Origin: Prochlorococcus sp. AG-402-L18
Lineage (GTDB): Bacteria > Cyanobacteriota > Cyanobacteriia > PCC-6307 > Cyanobiaceae
NCBI GenBank assembly: GCA_003216725.1
Contig: QCIL01000004.1
Location: forward strand, 26,392 to 90,391
Direction: 5' to 3'
Length of the DNA stretch: 64,000 nucleotides
Positions 42,856-53,505 of this stretch are shown piece after piece. The notes below the pieces were generated by a model that saw only the letters and a list, made by a program, of their open reading frames with translations, was not told the origin of the DNA and ran no database searches. Positions within the stretch are counted from its first letter, which is position 1; the number at the start of each line of letters is the position of its first letter. The translations under genes were made by a program, and so were the position numbers.

Positions 42856-42902
42856 AAAAATTCTTGTTCACTAACTATAATTAAAATTAATTACTGCTAA
42901 TT

Positions 42903-43727
42903 ATGGAATTACAACAGTATAATTTATTTTTTTTATATCAAGAAACATTTGCCTTAACAAAGAGATTATTTATTCAATTAAAAAGGAGACCATCAACACT
43001 TTTAGCTGGAATATTACAACCTATAATTTGGCTTTTTTTATTTGGGGCATTATTCTCTAAAGCTCCTGAAGGTTTTTTACCAGGAGTTGATTCTTATGGG
43101 AATTTTTTAGGAGCAGGACTTATCGTTTTTACTGCTTTTAGCGGAGCCCTAAACTCTGGTCTTCCTTTAATGTTTGATAGAGAGTTTGGATTTCTTAATA
43201 GATTACTTGTGGCTCCTTTAACCAGTAGATTATCCATAGTTTTGTCTTCTTTTTTTTACATAACAATCCTCAGCTTTGTTCAGAGTATTGTAATAATGGT
43301 TGTTTCATACACTTTGGGATATGGATGGCCAAACTTATATGGTTTAGGAATTGTCTTTATAACATTAATTCTATTAGTTCTTTTTGTGACATCAATAAGT
43401 TTATGTTTAGCGTTTGTTTTGCCAGGACATATTGAATTAATAGCCCTGATATTCGTAATAAACTTACCTCTTCTTTTTGCAAGTACTGCTTTAGCTCCGA
43501 TTTCTTTTATGCCAAATTGGCTAGGTTGGCTAGCATCACTAAATCCATTAACTTTTGCCATTGAACCTATTAGGACTGCTTATAACCAAACAATGGATTT
43601 AGAATTAGTGGCTTTACATGCCCCATATGGTGATTTAACTTGTAAGAGTTGTATCTCGATTTTATTTTCTTTAACAGTTTTTTCCTTGATTATTATCAGG
43701 CCTTTGTTAAATAGAAAATTAAATTAA
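42903..43727 (+). CDS. ABC-2 type exporter permease
   Basis: Six-TM protein with DREFGFL.RLLVAP and NPLTFA. Confidence 0.9.
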   Translation: MELQQYNLFFLYQETFALTKRLFIQLKRRPSTLLAGILQPIIWLFLFGALFSKAPEGFLPGVDSYGNFLGAGLIVFTAFSGALNSGLPLMFDREFGFLNRLLVAPLTSRLSIVLSSFFYITILSFVQSIVIMVVSYTLGYGWPNLYGLGIVFITLILLVLFVTSISLCLAFVLPGHIELIALIFVINLPLLFASTALAPISFMPNWLGWLASLNPLTFAIEPIRTAYNQTMDLELVALHAPYGDLTCKSCISILFSLTVFSLIIIRPLLNRKLN

Positions 43728-43734
43728 TAAATTT

Positions 43735-44250
43735 ATGCTTTTAAAAGATCACCTAAAAGAAGTTTTTAAAATGGCATGTTCCGAGAATAATAGTTTTATA
43801 AAAGAAATTATTATTTCTAAGTGGGTTCATAGGTTTGGTTTTGATTCTTTAAATGAATTATTACTAGAAAGTCCTTTTTTAGAAAAAGAATGTAAAGAAG
43901 AAGAAAATCAAGAACAAATTTCTTTAATAGAAGAAAGTAAAGAAGAAGAAAATCAAGAACAAATTTCTTTAATAGAAGAAAGTAAAGAAGAAGAAAATCA
44001 AGAACAAATTTCTTTAATAGAAGAAAATAAAAAAGAAGAAAATCAAGAACAAATTTCTTTAATAGAAGAATGTAATGAAGAAAAAAAATGCGAATCTATA
44101 GAACTAGAAAAATTTAGAAGTGAAGAAATAATTACTAAGAAAGAAACCTTTGCTAAGAAAAGAAATGAATATTATGTTTCACAGAAATCTCCGCTTCCAC
44201 ATATAAAAAATCTGAGAAAATGGATTAATAATGATAAAGAAGCTAGTTAG
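43735..44250 (+). CDS. Hypothetical protein with acidic tandem repeat
   Basis: Conserved-looking ends (WVHRFG; PLPHIKNLRKWI) flank four 15-aa repeats. Confidence 0.75.
   Translation: MLLKDHLKEVFKMACSENNSFIKEIIISKWVHRFGFDSLNELLLESPFLEKECKEEENQEQISLIEESKEEENQEQISLIEESKEEENQEQISLIEENKKEENQEQISLIEECNEEKKCESIELEKFRSEEIITKKETFAKKRNEYYVSQKSPLPHIKNLRKWINNDKEAS
43891..44070 (+). repeat. Four near-perfect 45-bp tandem repeats, in frame
   Basis: Units at 43891, 43936, 43981 and 44026 encode (C/S/N)K(E/K)EENQEQISLIEE; a partial fifth unit begins at 44071. Confidence 0.95.
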
Positions 44251-44254
44251 CTTT

Positions 44255-46000
44255 TTACATCATTCCCGGCATTCCCATGCCGCCCATTCCTGGCATTCCC
44301 ATACCACCCATACCTGGCATTCCCATACCACCCATACCTGGCATTCCCATGCCACCCATACCTGGCATTCCCATACCACCCATACCTCCCATTGGGTCTC
44401 CGCCAGGTCCTCCTTGAGATGGGGTTTCAGGTTCAGGAATATCCGCAATCGCAACTTCTGTTGTGAGGAGCATCGCAGCTATAGAGACTGAATCTTGAAG
44501 AGCTAATCTAATAACTTTAGTAGGATCTAAAATACCTGAAACTTTTAAATTCTCATATTCGCCAGTATTAGCATTAAATCCTTTCTCTAGTCTGATGATA
44601 TCTGCTATAACTACATCTCCATTAAAACCTGCATTTTTTGCAATTTGTTTAGTTGGCTCCAAAAGTGCTTTTTGAACAATATTAATTCCTGTTTTTAAAT
44701 CATCTGAACAATTTTGACTTAAACTAGAAAGATCCTCTGAGATTTCAATCAAAGTTTGACCACCTCCTGATACAACTCCTTCTTCTATTGCAGCTTTTGT
44801 TGCATTAAGCGAATCTTCTATCTTTAATTTTTTATACTTCATTTCTGTTTCAGTCGCAGCTCCTACTTTAATAAGAGCTACTCCACCTGATAGTTTTGCT
44901 ATTCTCTCATTTATTTTATCTTTATCGTATTCTGAGTCGGTAATAATAACCTCTTTTTTTAATTTTGAAACTCTTGCCTTAACTAATTCTTTAGTATCTT
45001 CAAAAGCTACGATTGTAGTCTTATCTTTTGTGATAGTTATCTTTTTAGCTTTGCCTAAATCATTAGAAGTTGCTTTTTCTAGTGACATTGATCTGTCTTC
45101 GCTTATTAAAGTTGCTCCTGTAAGAATTGCTATATCCTCAAGGGCAGCTTTTCTTCTCTCTCCAAATAGTGGAGCGCGAACAGAAGCAACATTTAATATC
45201 CCGCTATTTTTATTCAATACAAGGGTTGTTAAAGCCTCTCCTTCGATGTCTTCAGCTAGGATTAGTAATGGTGAGCTTGCTTTTTGAATTTCTTCTAAAA
45301 TCGGAACTAGATTGGAAAGAGTTGAAATTTTTTGATCGGTAATTAAAATTTTTGGGTTTTCAAGTTCACAAACTTGTCTTTCTTGGTCTGTAACAAAATA
45401 GGGAGAACTATAACCTCTATCAAAAGACATACCTTCAGTAATGTCTAATTCTGTTTCTAATGATTGAGATTCTTCCACAGTTATAACTCCATCTGAAGTT
45501 ACTATATCCATAGCTTTTGAAATTATGGATCCTATTTCTTCATCACCCCCAGCGCTTACAGTTGCAACTTTCTGAATATCCGAGCCGCTTATTGGAATAC
45601 TGCTAGATTTTAATTTTTCCAAAACAAATTTCAATCCAACTTCCATTCCTTTTTTTATTTCCATTGGATTGGCTCCTGCAGCAATATTTTTTAATCCTTC
45701 AATAACCATTTTTTGGGCAAGAATTGTTGCAGTTGTAGTTCCATCTCCCGCACTCTCTTTAGTTTTAGAAGCGACTTCTTCGATTAGCTTTGCTCCTAAA
45801 TTAGAAATAGGATTATCAATGTCGATTTCTTTTGCAACTGTTGAACCATCATTTACTATGTCTGGTGAACCATATTTTCTATCAATTACAACATTCTTTG
45901 CTTTTGGCCCAACTGTTACTTTTACTGCATTGGCTACTATATTTACTCCTTTCTCAAGGGCTTCACGAGAATTATCAGAAAAACTCAATTGTTTTGCCAT
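44255..46000 (-). CDS. groEL2: Chaperonin GroEL2 (monocistronic, no adjacent groES)
   Basis: [18 protein letters not shown] and GAATETE motifs; GGM-rich tail. Confidence 0.97.
   Translation of the reverse strand: MAKQLSFSDNSREALEKGVNIVANAVKVTVGPKAKNVVIDRKYGSPDIVNDGSTVAKEIDIDNPISNLGAKLIEEVASKTKESAGDGTTTATILAQKMVIEGLKNIAAGANPMEIKKGMEVGLKFVLEKLKSSSIPISGSDIQKVATVSAGGDEEIGSIISKAMDIVTSDGVITVEESQSLETELDITEGMSFDRGYSSPYFVTDQERQVCELENPKILITDQKISTLSNLVPILEEIQKASSPLLILAEDIEGEALTTLVLNKNSGILNVASVRAPLFGERRKAALEDIAILTGATLISEDRSMSLEKATSNDLGKAKKITITKDKTTIVAFEDTKELVKARVSKLKKEVIITDSEYDKDKINERIAKLSGGVALIKVGAATETEMKYKKLKIEDSLNATKAAIEEGVVSGGGQTLIEISEDLSSLSQNCSDDLKTGINIVQKALLEPTKQIAKNAGFNGDVVIADIIRLEKGFNANTGEYENLKVSGILDPTKVIRLALQDSVSIAAMLLTTEVAIADIPEPETPSQGGPGGDPMGGMGGMGMPGMGGMGMPGMGGMGMPGMGGMGMPGMGGMGMPGMM
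44261..44392 (-). repeat. 24-bp coding repeat (GGMGMPGM x5) in the GroEL2 tail
   Basis: Repeated CCTGGCATTCCCAT(A/G)CCACCCATA on the plus strand. Confidence 0.9.
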
Positions 46001-46067
46001 TTTTATCAGATATAATATTTGTTATTCTAATCTCCCATGGAATCATATCTACGGGTTGTTTAATTAA

Positions 46068-46083
46068 GTGGGGAAAGCCGAAT
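46068..46083 (-). promoter_or_regulatory. K-box-like heat/light-responsive element upstream of groEL2
   Basis: Minus strand ATTCGG-CTTT-CCCCAC against the recalled K-box consensus GTTCGG-NNAN-CCNNAC; putative -10 TATGAT at 46042-46047. Confidence 0.55.
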
Positions 46084-46133
46084 TTCTCTTAAACAGACAT
46101 TCAAATTTATAAAAAAAAGAGTATCTTAAGGGT

Positions 46134-46313
46134 ATGGATAAAACTGGAAATCTTATTTTTACTTTGACTGCTACGCTTGCAGTTACTATGACTCTAATAT
46201 ATTTCCCATTAAGACTTTTCTTAACACTTACAGCAAGGAGCCGAAGACTCAAACTTTTGCAAAAGATTAGAAGATTAAGAGATGAATTAGGTCAACCCTA
46301 TGAAAGTACATAA
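46134..46313 (+). CDS. Conserved hypothetical small membrane protein (59 aa)
   Basis: Not in the ORF track. MDKTGNLIFTLTATLAVTMTLIYFPLRLFLTLTARSRRLKLLQKIRRLRDELGQPYEST; its stop abuts the fabG stop. Confidence 0.75.
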   Translation: MDKTGNLIFTLTATLAVTMTLIYFPLRLFLTLTARSRRLKLLQKIRRLRDELGQPYEST

Positions 46314-47054
46314 TTAAATACTCATTCCCCCATCAACACTTATTGTCTGTCCAGTTATGTAGTTACCAGAATCACTTGATACAAGGAATGCAACCAGGCT
46401 AGCAATTTGTTTAGTATTGCCTAACTTACCAAGTGGGATAGATTTTATTATATCTTCAGTGTTAAGTTTTTGAGTCATATCTGTTTCTATAAAACCTGGC
46501 GCTATTGCGTTAACGGTAATGCCTCTTGAAGCAAATTCTTTTGCGCAAGATTTTGTAAATCCAATGACCCCAGCTTTTGCAGCAGAATAGTTTGCTTGAC
46601 CAGGATTGCCAATTAATCCAACAATAGATGAAATATTTATAATGTTGCCACTTCTTTTTTTCATCATGAATTTTGATGCATACTTTGTACACAGAAAAAC
46701 ACCTTTTAAGTTTGTATTTAATACATCATCCCATTGTTCTGATTTCATCCTCATTAAGAGCCCATCTCTAGTAATACCCGCATTATTGACGAGAATATCA
46801 ATAGAGCCATTTATTTTAATGATTTCTTCAAATGCTTTACTAACTGCATCCTCTTTCGAAACATCAAATTTTAGTTTATGAGCTTTACCTCCAGAATTTT
46901 TTATCAAATTAACAACTTCTTCGGCTTTTTCATCAGAGGAAGAATAATTTATGAATACCTCTGCACCAAGTTTGCTAAGTTCTATTGCTATTTCCTTACC
47001 AATGCCTCTACTGGCTCCAGTGATTAAAGCAATTTTTCCTGTTAATGAATCCAT
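46314..47054 (-). CDS. fabG: 3-oxoacyl-ACP reductase
   Basis: TGASRGIG, NNAGITRD, GQANYSAAK and VDGGM. Confidence 0.96.
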   Translation of the reverse strand: MDSLTGKIALITGASRGIGKEIAIELSKLGAEVFINYSSSDEKAEEVVNLIKNSGGKAHKLKFDVSKEDAVSKAFEEIIKINGSIDILVNNAGITRDGLLMRMKSEQWDDVLNTNLKGVFLCTKYASKFMMKKRSGNIINISSIVGLIGNPGQANYSAAKAGVIGFTKSCAKEFASRGITVNAIAPGFIETDMTQKLNTEDIIKSIPLGKLGNTKQIASLVAFLVSSDSGNYITGQTISVDGGMSI

Positions 47055-47153
47055 ATTTATAATTATGATTTTTTTATAATTTAAAATCGTAGTACTATTT
47101 GTGTAAACATATTGCTTTTATTTATAATTATCTAGATAATAAGTCAAATTGCC

Positions 47154-47831
47154 GTGCATTTTTTAATACCAGCTGCTGGAAGTGGAAGCAGAATGAAAGC
47201 GGGGAAAAACAAACTACTTATTGATTTGGAAGGCGAGACCCTTATTTATTGGACGATAAAATCTATATTTGCTGCAAGTTCCATTAGTTGGATAGGTATA
47301 ATTGGTCAGCCATTTGAGAAAAAATTATTATTAAATTCAATAAAACATTTTTGTAATAAAGTTGAATGGATAAATGGTGGCGAAACTAGACAAGAATCAG
47401 TATTTAATGGGTTGAATTCACTCCCAAAGGATGCTGAGAAAGTTTTAATTCATGATGGTGCAAGATGCCTAGTTAATCCAGAATTGATAGACAAATGTGC
47501 CTTGGAATTAGAAGAAAATGATGCTGTTATTTTGGCAACTAAAGTTACTGATACAATAAAGATGGTTGATCATAAAGGTTTTATTAAAGAAACGCCAAAT
47601 AGAAAAAATTTGTGGGCGGCTCAAACTCCACAGGGTTTTCTAGTTGATAAACTAAAAAAAGCACACAAAATAGCTATAGATAAAAATTGGTTAGTTACTG
47701 ATGATGCTTCGCTATTTGAAAGGCTGAATTGGAAAGTTAAGATTATTGAAGGAGATTATAAGAATATCAAAATCACTTCTCCGATTGATCTTAAGATAGC
47801 GAAGATGTTTTTAAACAATCCTAATTATTAG
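47154..47831 (+). CDS. ispD: 2-C-methyl-D-erythritol 4-phosphate cytidylyltransferase
   Basis: PAAGSGSRM, GGETRQESV, IHDGARC, AQTPQ and NIKIT. Confidence 0.96.
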   Translation: MHFLIPAAGSGSRMKAGKNKLLIDLEGETLIYWTIKSIFAASSISWIGIIGQPFEKKLLLNSIKHFCNKVEWINGGETRQESVFNGLNSLPKDAEKVLIHDGARCLVNPELIDKCALELEENDAVILATKVTDTIKMVDHKGFIKETPNRKNLWAAQTPQGFLVDKLKKAHKIAIDKNWLVTDDASLFERLNWKVKIIEGDYKNIKITSPIDLKIAKMFLNNPNY

Positions 47832-48693
47832 GAATATGTATATTAAGAAAGCCTTTATCACCATTTAATGTCGCTTGATAGCCTAATGGAATGCAAGCGT
47901 TACCAGATATATGGCCAATAGGAAGGTCAAAAAGTATAGGAAAATCAAATTCCTTGAGCCTCTCTATTACTAAATTTTTTAGCAAAATTTTCCATTCTGA
48001 ATCGCAAAAATCACCCGAAAAACTTCCGAATCCAATTCCCGCAATATCAGTAAATGTCTTAGTCATCCGAAGATAAGTTAACATCCTATCAATTTTGTAA
48101 ATATCTTCATTCACATCTTCAAAAATAATTATTTTATTTCTTAAGTTTGGGAAGTGATGAGTACCAATCAAAAAAGTTGCAATGGTGAGATTAGAAACAA
48201 TGATTTCCCCTTTTGCAACGCCTTCTCTCAATGAAAGCCCCTTGATATCATTAACATATCCTTCAAAAAGTAAATTTCTTAATCTATCTAAACTCCACTT
48301 TGGCTCTTGGTGCAGAGTGGTAATCATCGGTCCATGAATAGAACCATTGTATCCATGAGAATATTTTGAAAGTAATAAAGAACAAGTATCAGAGAAACCA
48401 AGCATTAAGCTATTCCCCCATTTGGGATTTTTTTCTAAAAGCCTAGCTGATCCCCAACCGCCTTTTGCAAAGATTGTAAGTTTACTATTTTGTGCTTTTT
48501 CAAGCTCTCTAAATCTAATTAGATCATCTCCAGCAAAGTAACCAAATTTTTTTGATAATGATTTGTTTTGATTAATTTCCAATCCCCAATTTTTTAAAAT
48601 TTCAATTCCCTTTGTAAAATCATCTTCTTTATCAAGAAAAGAAGCTGGAGCTAAAATGTCTACTTGATCTCCTTTGGATAACTTAATTACCAT
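47821..48693 (-). CDS. ldcA: LD-carboxypeptidase (peptidase S66)
   Basis: GGWGSARLL, GFSD, HGPM, EDVNE and IGH triad motifs. Confidence 0.88.
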   Translation of the reverse strand: MVIKLSKGDQVDILAPASFLDKEDDFTKGIEILKNWGLEINQNKSLSKKFGYFAGDDLIRFRELEKAQNSKLTIFAKGGWGSARLLEKNPKWGNSLMLGFSDTCSLLLSKYSHGYNGSIHGPMITTLHQEPKWSLDRLRNLLFEGYVNDIKGLSLREGVAKGEIIVSNLTIATFLIGTHHFPNLRNKIIIFEDVNEDIYKIDRMLTYLRMTKTFTDIAGIGFGSFSGDFCDSEWKILLKNLVIERLKEFDFPILFDLPIGHISGNACIPLGYQATLNGDKGFLNIHIPNN

Positions 48694-48704
48694 ATTTAAA
48701 TTTA

Positions 48705-49589
48705 TTATGAGATTATAAATCCCAATAAAATTGATCCTCCATAGATAGATTGATTTTTAAAATGATTACCAATTCTTTCAATCGTTTGTTTATTTTCGGG
48801 AAATACTTTTAAGGTATCTTTTTGCATTAGGAATGATGATATAAGCCAAATTGGCCAAAAAATAAAATTTACTTGATGAAGTAATCCACATAACGCAAGA
48901 AAAACAGAAGTTGAAAAGTAACAAAGTTGTATAGTTTTTTTTGTATTATTTTGCAAATTCACAGCAGAACTGTTTATTCCTATTTCCATATCATATTTTT
49001 TGTCAGCTAAAGCATAAATTGTATCAAAACCAAAAGTCCAAAAAATTGTAGCTAGCCAACAAAATAACAAGATAATACTGTTTAAGTTACCTTCGCTAGC
49101 AGCCCAAGGTATTAAAACTGCAAAACCCCAACAAATTGATAGGATTAATTGTGGATATTTAAACCATCTTTTAGCAGAAGGATAAATTAAAATAATCGGT
49201 AATGATAGACAAGCAAGTGAAATTGCAAGATTTCTTCCGATTTCTGGAAGCGATAAGGTTAAAAAGAAGCTACATATAATCAAAAATATAAGGATTAAGT
49301 AAGCCGTTTTCAGCTTGATTTTATTAGCGGCTAGAGGTCTATTTTTTGTCCTCATAACCTTTTGATCTATATTTTTATCCCAAATATCATTTGCTACACA
49401 ACCTAAACCACTGACTAGTAATCCTCCAAAGATTATTTTTAACAACATATAAATTGAAGGGTTGGATCCTGGAGTTAAATACAAACTCCAACCTGCTGGA
49501 ATAAGTAAAATCATTCTTCCAGTGGGTTTATTCCACCTTAATAATTCAAAAAAATTTTTTAGTTTTAATTTAAATTTTTTAAGCTGCAC
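48705..49589 (-). CDS. ubiA: 4-hydroxybenzoate solanesyl/polyprenyltransferase
   Basis: LRWNKPTG, NDIWD..ID..V.RT..RPLA and DTIYALAD..D. Confidence 0.92.
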   Translation of the reverse strand: MQLKKFKLKLKNFFELLRWNKPTGRMILLIPAGWSLYLTPGSNPSIYMLLKIIFGGLLVSGLGCVANDIWDKNIDQKVMRTKNRPLAANKIKLKTAYLILIFLIICSFFLTLSLPEIGRNLAISLACLSLPIILIYPSAKRWFKYPQLILSICWGFAVLIPWAASEGNLNSIILLFCWLATIFWTFGFDTIYALADKKYDMEIGINSSAVNLQNNTKKTIQLCYFSTSVFLALCGLLHQVNFIFWPIWLISSFLMQKDTLKVFPENKQTIERIGNHFKNQSIYGGSILLGFIIS

Positions 49590-49710
49590 AGAATTTATAT
49601 TTCATAACTTTAATTAATCTTACTAATTTTTAGTAATTTATTTTATTTAATAATAAATCTTAAGTATATTAACTAATGGGTTTGAGATATCTTCATGATA
49701 GGGAATAAAA

Positions 49711-51306
49711 ATGATTCAGAATGAAAATTTGAGTAATTTTCAAGAAAGAAAAATCCTTGTAGCATCAATTGATATTGGAACAAACTCTACCCATCTTTTG
49801 ATTGCAGAAATTAATTTAGATCTAAAATCATTTTCAATAAAATTTTCTGATAAATCAACAACGCGCCTTGGAGAAAAAGATGAAGATGGAAATCTTACTG
49901 AGAAATCCATTCAAAGAGTTTTAAGAACTCTTAGACGATTTAAAGAATATTGCGAAAGCAATTTCGTTAATGAAATAGTAACTGCAACTACAAGTGCTGT
50001 CAGAGAAGCACCTAACGGTCAAGAATTTTTAAAAAAAATTCAAGATGAAACTGGCATTAAAGTAGAGTTGGTAAGTGGTTCTGAGGAGGCTAGATTAATT
50101 TACCTTGGAGTCTTATCTGGAACTGCTTTTGAAGATAAGTCTTATGTAATTATTGATATTGGTGGAGGATCCACAGAGATGATACTTGCAGATAATAAAG
50201 ATGCAATAGCTTTAACTAGTGCAAAAGTTGGTGCCGTTAGACTTAAGAACGATTTTTATTTTAGTGAAACAATTAACATTGAAAGATCAAAGTTCTTGAA
50301 GACTTTTATTCAAGGAACTTTAGAACCATCAGTTAGAAAAATAAAAAGCAGATTAACAGATGAAAAGCCTTTTTCTATGATTGCGACAAGTGGTACTGCT
50401 ATTTCATTAGGAAATTTGATTTTAGCTGATTTAGGACAACCAAAACAAAAGATGCATGGTTTTAAATTTAAACGAGAAAATTTGAACAACATCTTGGAAG
50501 AATTAATTAAAATGCCTATTTCTGACCTTAAGAAAATACCTTCCTTGAGTGACAGAAGAGCTGAAATAATAATTCCAGGCGCATTAATATTAAATACAGC
50601 AATGGAAATGTTAAATTTTGATGAATTAACTATTAGTGAGAGGGCTTTAAGGGAGGGTTTAGTAGTTGATTGGATGCTGCGAAAAGGAATTATAAAAAAT
50701 GAATTTAATATTCAGAGCAATATTAGGAAAACAACTATTATTCATCAGGCAAGTAAGTTTGGAGTTGATTTGGTAAGAAATGAGAAAGTTGTCAATATAG
50801 CTTTTCAAATTTATGACCAAACTAAAAATATTTTTCATAATGACAATAATTCTAAATCTAAAGAACTTCTATGGGCAGCTTGTAATCTTTATAATTGTGG
50901 CAAATATGTAAATATAAGTTCTTACCACAAGCACTCTTGGTATTTAATAAAAAATTGTGAGCTATTAGGATATTCTCAGGCCGAGACAAATATTATTGCT
51001 TCAATAGCTAGATATCATAGAAAGAGTTTGCCAAAGAAAAGACATGAATCATGGCAACATTTAATGTGTAAAGAAGATAAAACATTAGTACTAGAGATGT
51101 CATTAATTCTTAGATTGGCTGCTTCAATTGATCAGAGAACTGAGAAAGTAATATCATCAGTAAAAATTACATTAGAAAAAAATATTCTTTTAGTAAAACT
51201 AATACCTCTTGATGAGAAAAATGATCTCCTTCTTGAAAAATGGAACCTAGGCCTTTGTCATAATGTTATTAAAGAACTAAAAAATTTGGAGCTTAAGGTT
51301 GTTTAG
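49711..51306 (+). CDS. ppx: Exopolyphosphatase (Ppx/GppA)
   Basis: DIGTNS, TSAVREAPN, EEARL, DIGGGSTE, LREG and a C-terminal HD-like domain. Confidence 0.94.
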   Translation: MIQNENLSNFQERKILVASIDIGTNSTHLLIAEINLDLKSFSIKFSDKSTTRLGEKDEDGNLTEKSIQRVLRTLRRFKEYCESNFVNEIVTATTSAVREAPNGQEFLKKIQDETGIKVELVSGSEEARLIYLGVLSGTAFEDKSYVIIDIGGGSTEMILADNKDAIALTSAKVGAVRLKNDFYFSETINIERSKFLKTFIQGTLEPSVRKIKSRLTDEKPFSMIATSGTAISLGNLILADLGQPKQKMHGFKFKRENLNNILEELIKMPISDLKKIPSLSDRRAEIIIPGALILNTAMEMLNFDELTISERALREGLVVDWMLRKGIIKNEFNIQSNIRKTTIIHQASKFGVDLVRNEKVVNIAFQIYDQTKNIFHNDNNSKSKELLWAACNLYNCGKYVNISSYHKHSWYLIKNCELLGYSQAETNIIASIARYHRKSLPKKRHESWQHLMCKEDKTLVLEMSLILRLAASIDQRTEKVISSVKITLEKNILLVKLIPLDEKNDLLLEKWNLGLCHNVIKELKNLELKVV

Positions 51307-51797
51307 TTGTTTTTAATAATTTCCTCTTTTGGAATTTGATTCTGAGAAGATTCTGTAAATAAATTGAAAATTAAAGATGATGCTATTAGTCCAAAAAAAC
51401 CTGAAATTAATACAAATATTCCAAAACCCAAAGGCTTAAGATTCGTAAGGTTTTTATTTTTTTTATGAGATGTTTTTGAAAGGTCTTCGACAATTTCTTC
51501 AATTTTTACTTCTTTTCTTTCAGATTTGAATTCACCCATTATAAATTTTGTATCAAGTTTGAGCTTCTCAGATATCCTGCGAACCATTGCTTTAACGAAA
51601 ACTTCTTCAGGTAATAGGTCCTTATTACCATCTTCAATGGCTTGAAGTTGGTGGACTCCTATTTTTAAATTAGAAGCTAATTCTTCTATCGTTTGATTTC
51701 TACCTAACCTAGCTTCTTTAATAAAATTGCCTATTCTTTTTAAAGAGGAATGTTTTTTTGAGTCAACGTTTTCTTTATAAGATTTTATTTCTTCCAA
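51303..51797 (-). CDS. RodZ-like HTH protein with C-terminal TM
   Basis: IG..IKEAR...L.AIE.G....LPE.VF HTH pattern plus a hydrophobic helix. Confidence 0.8.
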   Translation of the reverse strand: MEEIKSYKENVDSKKHSSLKRIGNFIKEARLGRNQTIEELASNLKIGVHQLQAIEDGNKDLLPEEVFVKAMVRRISEKLKLDTKFIMGEFKSERKEVKIEEIVEDLSKTSHKKNKNLTNLKPLGFGIFVLISGFFGLIASSLIFNLFTESSQNQIPKEEIIKNN

Positions 51798-51853
51798 AGT
51801 AATTGAATTTTTTCCAATTATAGTGATTTATATTTATCTATCAACTTTTAAAT

Positions 51854-52609
51854 TTATTTATTTCTAAAAAGATGTTTATAAGATGGATTATATAGATTAG
51901 ATCTCTTTGAAAAGGCAGTAATTGCTGGACTAATTATATAAATAGTAGTTCTAATAAGTTTTTTCTCTAAGGTAAACTTCTCCATATCTTTCAGTTCTAT
52001 TAAAGATGTCCAACCATCATCCCAAGAAACCCTATACCCCACTATGACTTTAGTTTCTGGAGGATAATGTTCTAATAAAATTTCTTGAGAACTTTTTACA
52101 TGTCTAGCACTTAAATAAAGGCATAAAGAAGAATTATGTTTTGCAAGATTTTTAAGTGATTCCTTCTCGGGCATACCTGTTCTGCCAGCAGCTCTTGTTA
52201 AAATTATAGTCTGGGTAATATCTGGAATTGTAAGTTCAGCTTGATGATACGCAGCAGCGACCTGAAAGGCACTAACACCAGGAATAACTTCTATTTCAAT
52301 TTCTTCTTGCTTTAGAATTTCTATTTGCTCTCTAACTGCACCAAAAAGACACGGGTCTCCATCTTGTAACCTTATAACTTTTTTTCCCTCATTAATTTTT
52401 TTTATTATTATTGAGGTAATTTTTTCTAAGGTAAGCGAACTAGTTTTTATTTTTTCAGCGCAATCATGAGAAAAATTTAGTATTTTTTCAGGGATTAAAG
52501 AATCAGTCCAAATTATTACATCTGCAGACTTAATTTCTTTTAATGCCTTTATTGTTAATAAGTCTGGATCTCCTGGACCAATTCCAATAAAAGATATTTT
52601 TCTATCCAT
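51854..52609 (-). CDS. cobM: Precorrin-4 C11-methyltransferase
   Basis: [23 protein letters not shown] and QTIILTR. Confidence 0.93.
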   Translation of the reverse strand: MDRKISFIGIGPGDPDLLTIKALKEIKSADVIIWTDSLIPEKILNFSHDCAEKIKTSSLTLEKITSIIIKKINEGKKVIRLQDGDPCLFGAVREQIEILKQEEIEIEVIPGVSAFQVAAAYHQAELTIPDITQTIILTRAAGRTGMPEKESLKNLAKHNSSLCLYLSARHVKSSQEILLEHYPPETKVIVGYRVSWDDGWTSLIELKDMEKFTLEKKLIRTTIYIISPAITAFSKRSNLYNPSYKHLFRNK

Positions 52610-53495
52610 TCTTTCTGCTTTTGACTTTATATGATCTTAATTTTAAAAAAAACATCCCAATAAATCCAGAAGAAAAAAGAAAAATACTTATAAATTGAGC
52701 CATTTTTATTCCTCCTTCACAATAAGGCGGAAGACCTCCAAGACACAAAGGATCAGTTCTTAATGCTTCAATCCAGAACCTCCCAAAACTATAACTAATT
52801 AAATAAAGACAACTAATAAAGCCAGGTCTTACAGAATTTGTTTTGTTCTGTTTATTAAAAATTATTATTAAAGTTATAAAAATAAAAAAATTCCATAAAG
52901 ACTCGTAAAGAAATGTTGGATGGAAAAATTCGTAATTAATAAATTCTATAGGTCTATTTTGTTCGGGAATAAACAACTTCCAAGGTAGTTTGGTTGGCAA
53001 TCCAAAAGCTTCATTATTGAAAAAATTTCCCCATCTTCCAATAGCTTGTCCAAGAATAATCGGTGGAATTAAGATATCTAAAAAAGTTTTTAGATGAATA
53101 TTTCTAGATTTACAAAAGAATATAATAGAAAGTAGTCCCCCGATAAGTCCTCCATGTATTGCTATTCCTCCCTCCCAAATCGCAAGAAATGAAGGGATTT
53201 GAATAGTGTTATTAAAAAGTTCAAGAGAAGTAAAAAAATTATTTCCACTATATTGTCTCCATTCAAATAATACGTAGTAACTTCTAGCTCCAATTATTGA
53301 ACATAATATTAATGAAGGTAAAATTTCACTTAAATATTCCGGGTTAATATCCCTAGTCTTTGCAAGCTTTTTAGAAATTAACAACCCTATCAATACTGAT
53401 ATAGAAATTAAAAACCCATACCATTTTATATTTAGTAAACCTAAATTTAGAAATGTTTCTCCGGGGGATTGGATAAAAGCTTGAAGGGTAGGCAT
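52602..53495 (-). CDS. lgt: Prolipoprotein diacylglyceryl transferase
   Basis: [20 protein letters not shown] and HPTFLYES. Confidence 0.96.
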   Translation of the reverse strand: MPTLQAFIQSPGETFLNLGLLNIKWYGFLISISVLIGLLISKKLAKTRDINPEYLSEILPSLILCSIIGARSYYVLFEWRQYSGNNFFTSLELFNNTIQIPSFLAIWEGGIAIHGGLIGGLLSIIFFCKSRNIHLKTFLDILIPPIILGQAIGRWGNFFNNEAFGLPTKLPWKLFIPEQNRPIEFINYEFFHPTFLYESLWNFFIFITLIIIFNKQNKTNSVRPGFISCLYLISYSFGRFWIEALRTDPLCLGGLPPYCEGGIKMAQFISIFLFSSGFIGMFFLKLRSYKVKSRKNG

Positions 53496-53505
53496 TTAAA
53501 GATAA

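Noticed and set aside
43891-44070. Possible CRISPR array
   Set aside because: The repeats are contiguous with no unique spacers, lie in frame within a CDS, and no cas genes are present.
44231-44491. His-rich repetitive ORF (HSHTTHTW repeats) on the plus strand and the VWVVWECQ repeat ORF at 44260-44454
   Set aside because: Antisense and alternate-frame shadows of the GroEL2 GGMGMPGM repeat; no independent evidence of coding.
46064-46252. 62-aa minus-strand ORF in the track
   Set aside because: Antisense to the better 59-aa plus-strand gene and overlaps the groEL2 promoter.
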